Assembly: GCA_047495785.1 (NCBI GenBank)
Contig: JBLDXI010000032.1
Location: 3,596,001-3,660,000, forward strand
Source of the DNA: Lepidodermella squamata
Taxonomy: Eukaryota; Animalia; Gastrotricha
Length of the DNA: 64,000 nt
Reading direction: 5' to 3'
Shown here: positions 61,402 through 64,000 of the stretch, in pieces
Layout: each line of letters begins with the position of its first letter
Numbering within the stretch: the stretch's first letter is position 1
Notes under the pieces: generated by a model
The model's database searches: none
What the model was told of the DNA's origin: nothing
Seen by the model: the letters and a program-made list of their open reading frames with translations, nothing else
Made by a program: the position numbers and the translations under genes

Positions 61402-61989
61402 TTCCAAATTAAGTTCGGCTATATTAAAACTGTAAAATGCATTCAAAATTGCTTCACTGGAGAAAAACGAAAAAGAAAAGGAAAGAAAAGTCAGTCGTGC
61501 GAATCTCAAAAGGCAAATGCATTATGTGACTGATATAAATCGCTTACGAAAGATGTCGTAAAAACGAGAAACTTAGTACAGCAGCCGATCTGCAACGATC
61601 CATGGCAAATTGCAAAACGGAGCGAATTGAAGCAACAATAGGACATGGATTGTTAACTGGTCGCACAAACTTAGAAGAGCAATTATAGCAGTCATTTAGT
61701 GGCTAATGCGATAGGCCTAACTTTCGCCCGTCTTTCCTCCAGACTTCAGGCAACCACATGACCCACTTTAGGGCTTAGGGGAACCTCCCATAATTCGATC
61801 TAAGCCTTTCGACATTTCACTCAACTTCGCGGGCCCGGATCATAATAAAAACGAGGTTAAAAAAAAAATAAACCCGCCATTTAATACTGTCAAGGTCAGG
61901 ATAATAATCATTATAATTTTCTCTGAACAATTGTTAAATACACTATTATACATAACTTGTATAATTAGAGCGCTATTTTTGAAAAAGTC

Positions 61990-63137
61990 TGCTTTTATCT
62001 GGCGTGTGCGCGTCTGGAGTCTGGAGTTCCTCCTGTTAGACGTTGCAACTTGCGCCCGGGGCCTGGGTGGAAGCCGTTGAAGCTGGTTGGGGGCGTGATA
62101 CCAAGCTGGTCTTTCTATCCTTCCTTGGCGAAGCACTTTTCGAACTCATCGAATTGTTATAGGCGAAAACCGAGGTGAAAATGAGACTCGTGTCCGGAAC
62201 ACATTTACTCGTCGTTTTTCAATTTCGTGGGTAAAACCTCTCAGAGATTCTTTTGAATTCGTCACCAGCATCGCGCAGGCTGCGATCGGCGGATAGAACC
62301 ATTCTTTTTCCCTAGACCGTGGCCACTTTAGGGCGTAGGGGTCTGGGTTTAGGCCCGGCGACCGGCTCTGCTGCCTCTGGTCACAACCAGGGTATTGATA
62401 CTTACTTTCAGTGTATCGCTGAGCTTCTTGAGAGAGGGAGCTTCCGCTTCCGCGAGATCACCTCCGTTGGTCGCTTCGAGGCACCAAAAACCACCACATC
62501 ACACATTACACGATCGGCGCTCACGGCTAATGGCCTCATCGATAATGTCTTTGACACTCGAGAGATCCACGGATTTCAGCTTGCTGAGCTCCGCAAATCT
62601 TGCTTCCATCTACTCTTGCTTTCAGGGTGATTCCCTCGTTAGCAGTAGTATTTTATTTATTTATTCAAGAGCATTTATCCCACTGTTGAGAGCTCGGTTA
62701 TAAAAAATTGTCAGTGAGAAAAAAGGTGACAAAGTCATGATTATTCAGTCCTGTTCAGAATTCAAGAGTCAAGTAGATGTATAAAAATAAACAATTATTT
62801 GGGATCGACAGCAGCTTGTTATATACACGCTCATCCGTTATTGAAATCAGGTGTTTATAAACAACTTGACGGCACGCGTTCGCGCTGTGGCAAGCATTAA
62901 ATCCACAAGTACAAGCCGGATGTAATTCTGTGTAAGCAAGAATATCAATAGGACGACGGTAAGGATGTACAAAGGACCAGGGCACACATAGCCGACTTTG
63001 GTCGTGATGAGGTAGGTCGTAGGTCCAAGCATTTTTAGGCATGCCGAATGCCGATGCACCTTGACCAGGCCGCAAACCGAGCAGGTAATAGTTTAACATC
63101 CAGCGGTAAGAGGCTTTTCGCAATTGCAACATGCCAT
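61990..63137 (-). mobile_element. Decayed non-LTR retrotransposon (CR1/L2-like) ORF1 with PHD finger
   Basis: From ATG 63137: MACCNCEKPLTAGC*TITCSVC...HSAC...YVCP (PHD-like, with a stop); downstream DIIDEAISRERRSCNV..VVFG and KPRPLR, typical of LINE ORF1; frameshifts and stops; AT-rich interruption at about 62640-62960. Confidence 0.55.
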
Positions 63138-63274
63138 CTTGGTAATATCAACAAATAGTGTAAACGTCCCCAACCTCAGAAAGTTATAATTCGCTAGCAG
63201 ATATGTGGAAGCCAACTCATCTGAAATCTGAAGTCATCTGAAATTCTATTCATTATTTAGATTTCCAAGATTGA

Positions 63275-64000
63275 ATGATGTCTAAGATTGTTGATAGCGA
63301 TGTAATAATTGTTGGCGCCGGAATTTCCGGTTTGGTTGCAGCTTATCACTTGAAGAGAACTCGACCTGATGTAAGCTTCAAAATTCTAGAAGCTCGATCT
63401 CGAGTTGGCGGACGTACGTTGGCTGTTGATATGAAAGTGTCCGGTGGTGGGACCGAAAAGTTTGACGTTGGAGGTCAATGGGTCGGCCCGGTTCAAACCG
63501 ATTTGTTGGAGTTATTTCAAGAGCTTGGATTGTCTGACAAACTCTATCCCCAATATCTATCTGGTACTAAAATTTGTTGGGTAGATCCTGGCCATGTTGT
63601 CAAATACACGACTGAACTGCCGCTTTATAACCCGATGATTTATTTGGAATGCTACACCTTCTTGAAGAAAATCGACTGCTTCGCCGAACAACTCGATATA
63701 AACAATCCTTACTTACGCAACCAAGCGTTAGCTGAATATCTAGATTCAATGACCCTGGAAGGTCTTATTCGGCTACATATTTACAGTCCAGAGCTACGTG
63801 AACTGATCAGAATCGGTATTAGAACTGCATTCGGCTTCGAAGCAAGCCAAATATCCGCGTTATACGGAGTGCTTTACGGAAAATCGTCCGGCCGAATGGA
63901 AAATTTATTTACTTCAACGAATGACGGCGCTCAGAAGCTGAAGTTGAAGGGCAGCATGTACCAGCTTAGTCTTTGTTTGAGAGATATTATCGGAGAGCAG
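63275..64000 (+). CDS. Flavin-containing monoamine oxidase (runs off the window)
   Basis: DVIIVGAGISGLVAA dinucleotide-binding motif, LEARSRVGGRT, FDVGGQWVGP; open to the window end. Confidence 0.92.
   Translation, partial: MMSKIVDSDVIIVGAGISGLVAAYHLKRTRPDVSFKILEARSRVGGRTLAVDMKVSGGGTEKFDVGGQWVGPVQTDLLELFQELGLSDKLYPQYLSGTKICWVDPGHVVKYTTELPLYNPMIYLECYTFLKKIDCFAEQLDINNPYLRNQALAEYLDSMTLEGLIRLHIYSPELRELIRIGIRTAFGFEASQISALYGVLYGKSSGRMENLFTSTNDGAQKLKLKGSMYQLSLCLRDIIGEQ

Noticed and set aside
61402-61509. N-terminal extension of the GLRX5 ORF in the ORF track
   Set aside because: Starts at a non-ATG codon and runs through a pyrimidine tract and acceptor-like sequence; the ATG at 61401 gives a normal targeting peptide.
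61768-61780. TTAGGGCTTAGGG telomere-like sequence (similar stretch near 62328)
   Set aside because: Only two imperfect units, within or next to decayed LINE sequence; not a telomeric array.
62755-63132. 125-aa minus-strand ORF upstream of the amine oxidase
   Set aside because: It is an alternate frame of the decayed PHD-finger LINE ORF1 rather than a host gene.

Overview
Eukaryotic (animal) genomic DNA from a compact genome with mostly 45-100 nt GT-AG introns; I saw no prokaryotic features, CRISPR arrays, tRNA or rRNA genes. Left to right: five co-oriented minus-strand genes (divergent MyTH4-FERM class XV-like myosin running off the left edge; a stand-alone duplicate of the Sec31 proline-rich/C-terminal region; a 94-aa tandem-repeat peptide gene; full-length Sec31; cathepsin D); a secreted Cys-rich WAP-like protein; DNA primase small subunit; a ZMIZ/tonalli gene whose N-terminal exons lie 6-8 kb upstream in a ~14 kb microsatellite- and CG-rich non-coding domain; an SDR9C-type dehydrogenase; a small orphan and a small RING gene; two claudin-like 4TM paralogues flanking a RING/B-box-like/coiled-coil/2xUBR-box gene and a nested inverted-repeat element (301-bp TIRs plus an inverted copy of that gene's first coding exon); XPR1, Gemin6, GLRX5, a decayed PHD-type LINE ORF1 and a flavin monoamine oxidase running off the right edge. 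The most interesting signals are (i) the Sec31 / repeat-peptide / truncated Sec31 cassette, (ii) a splice-acceptor-like site just upstream of most start codons plus very tight co-oriented spacing, suggesting spliced-leader trans-splicing and operons, and (iii) the TRIM-like UBR-box E3 with a transposon-associated inverted copy of its exon 1. Exon boundaries were read by eye and not checked against transcripts.
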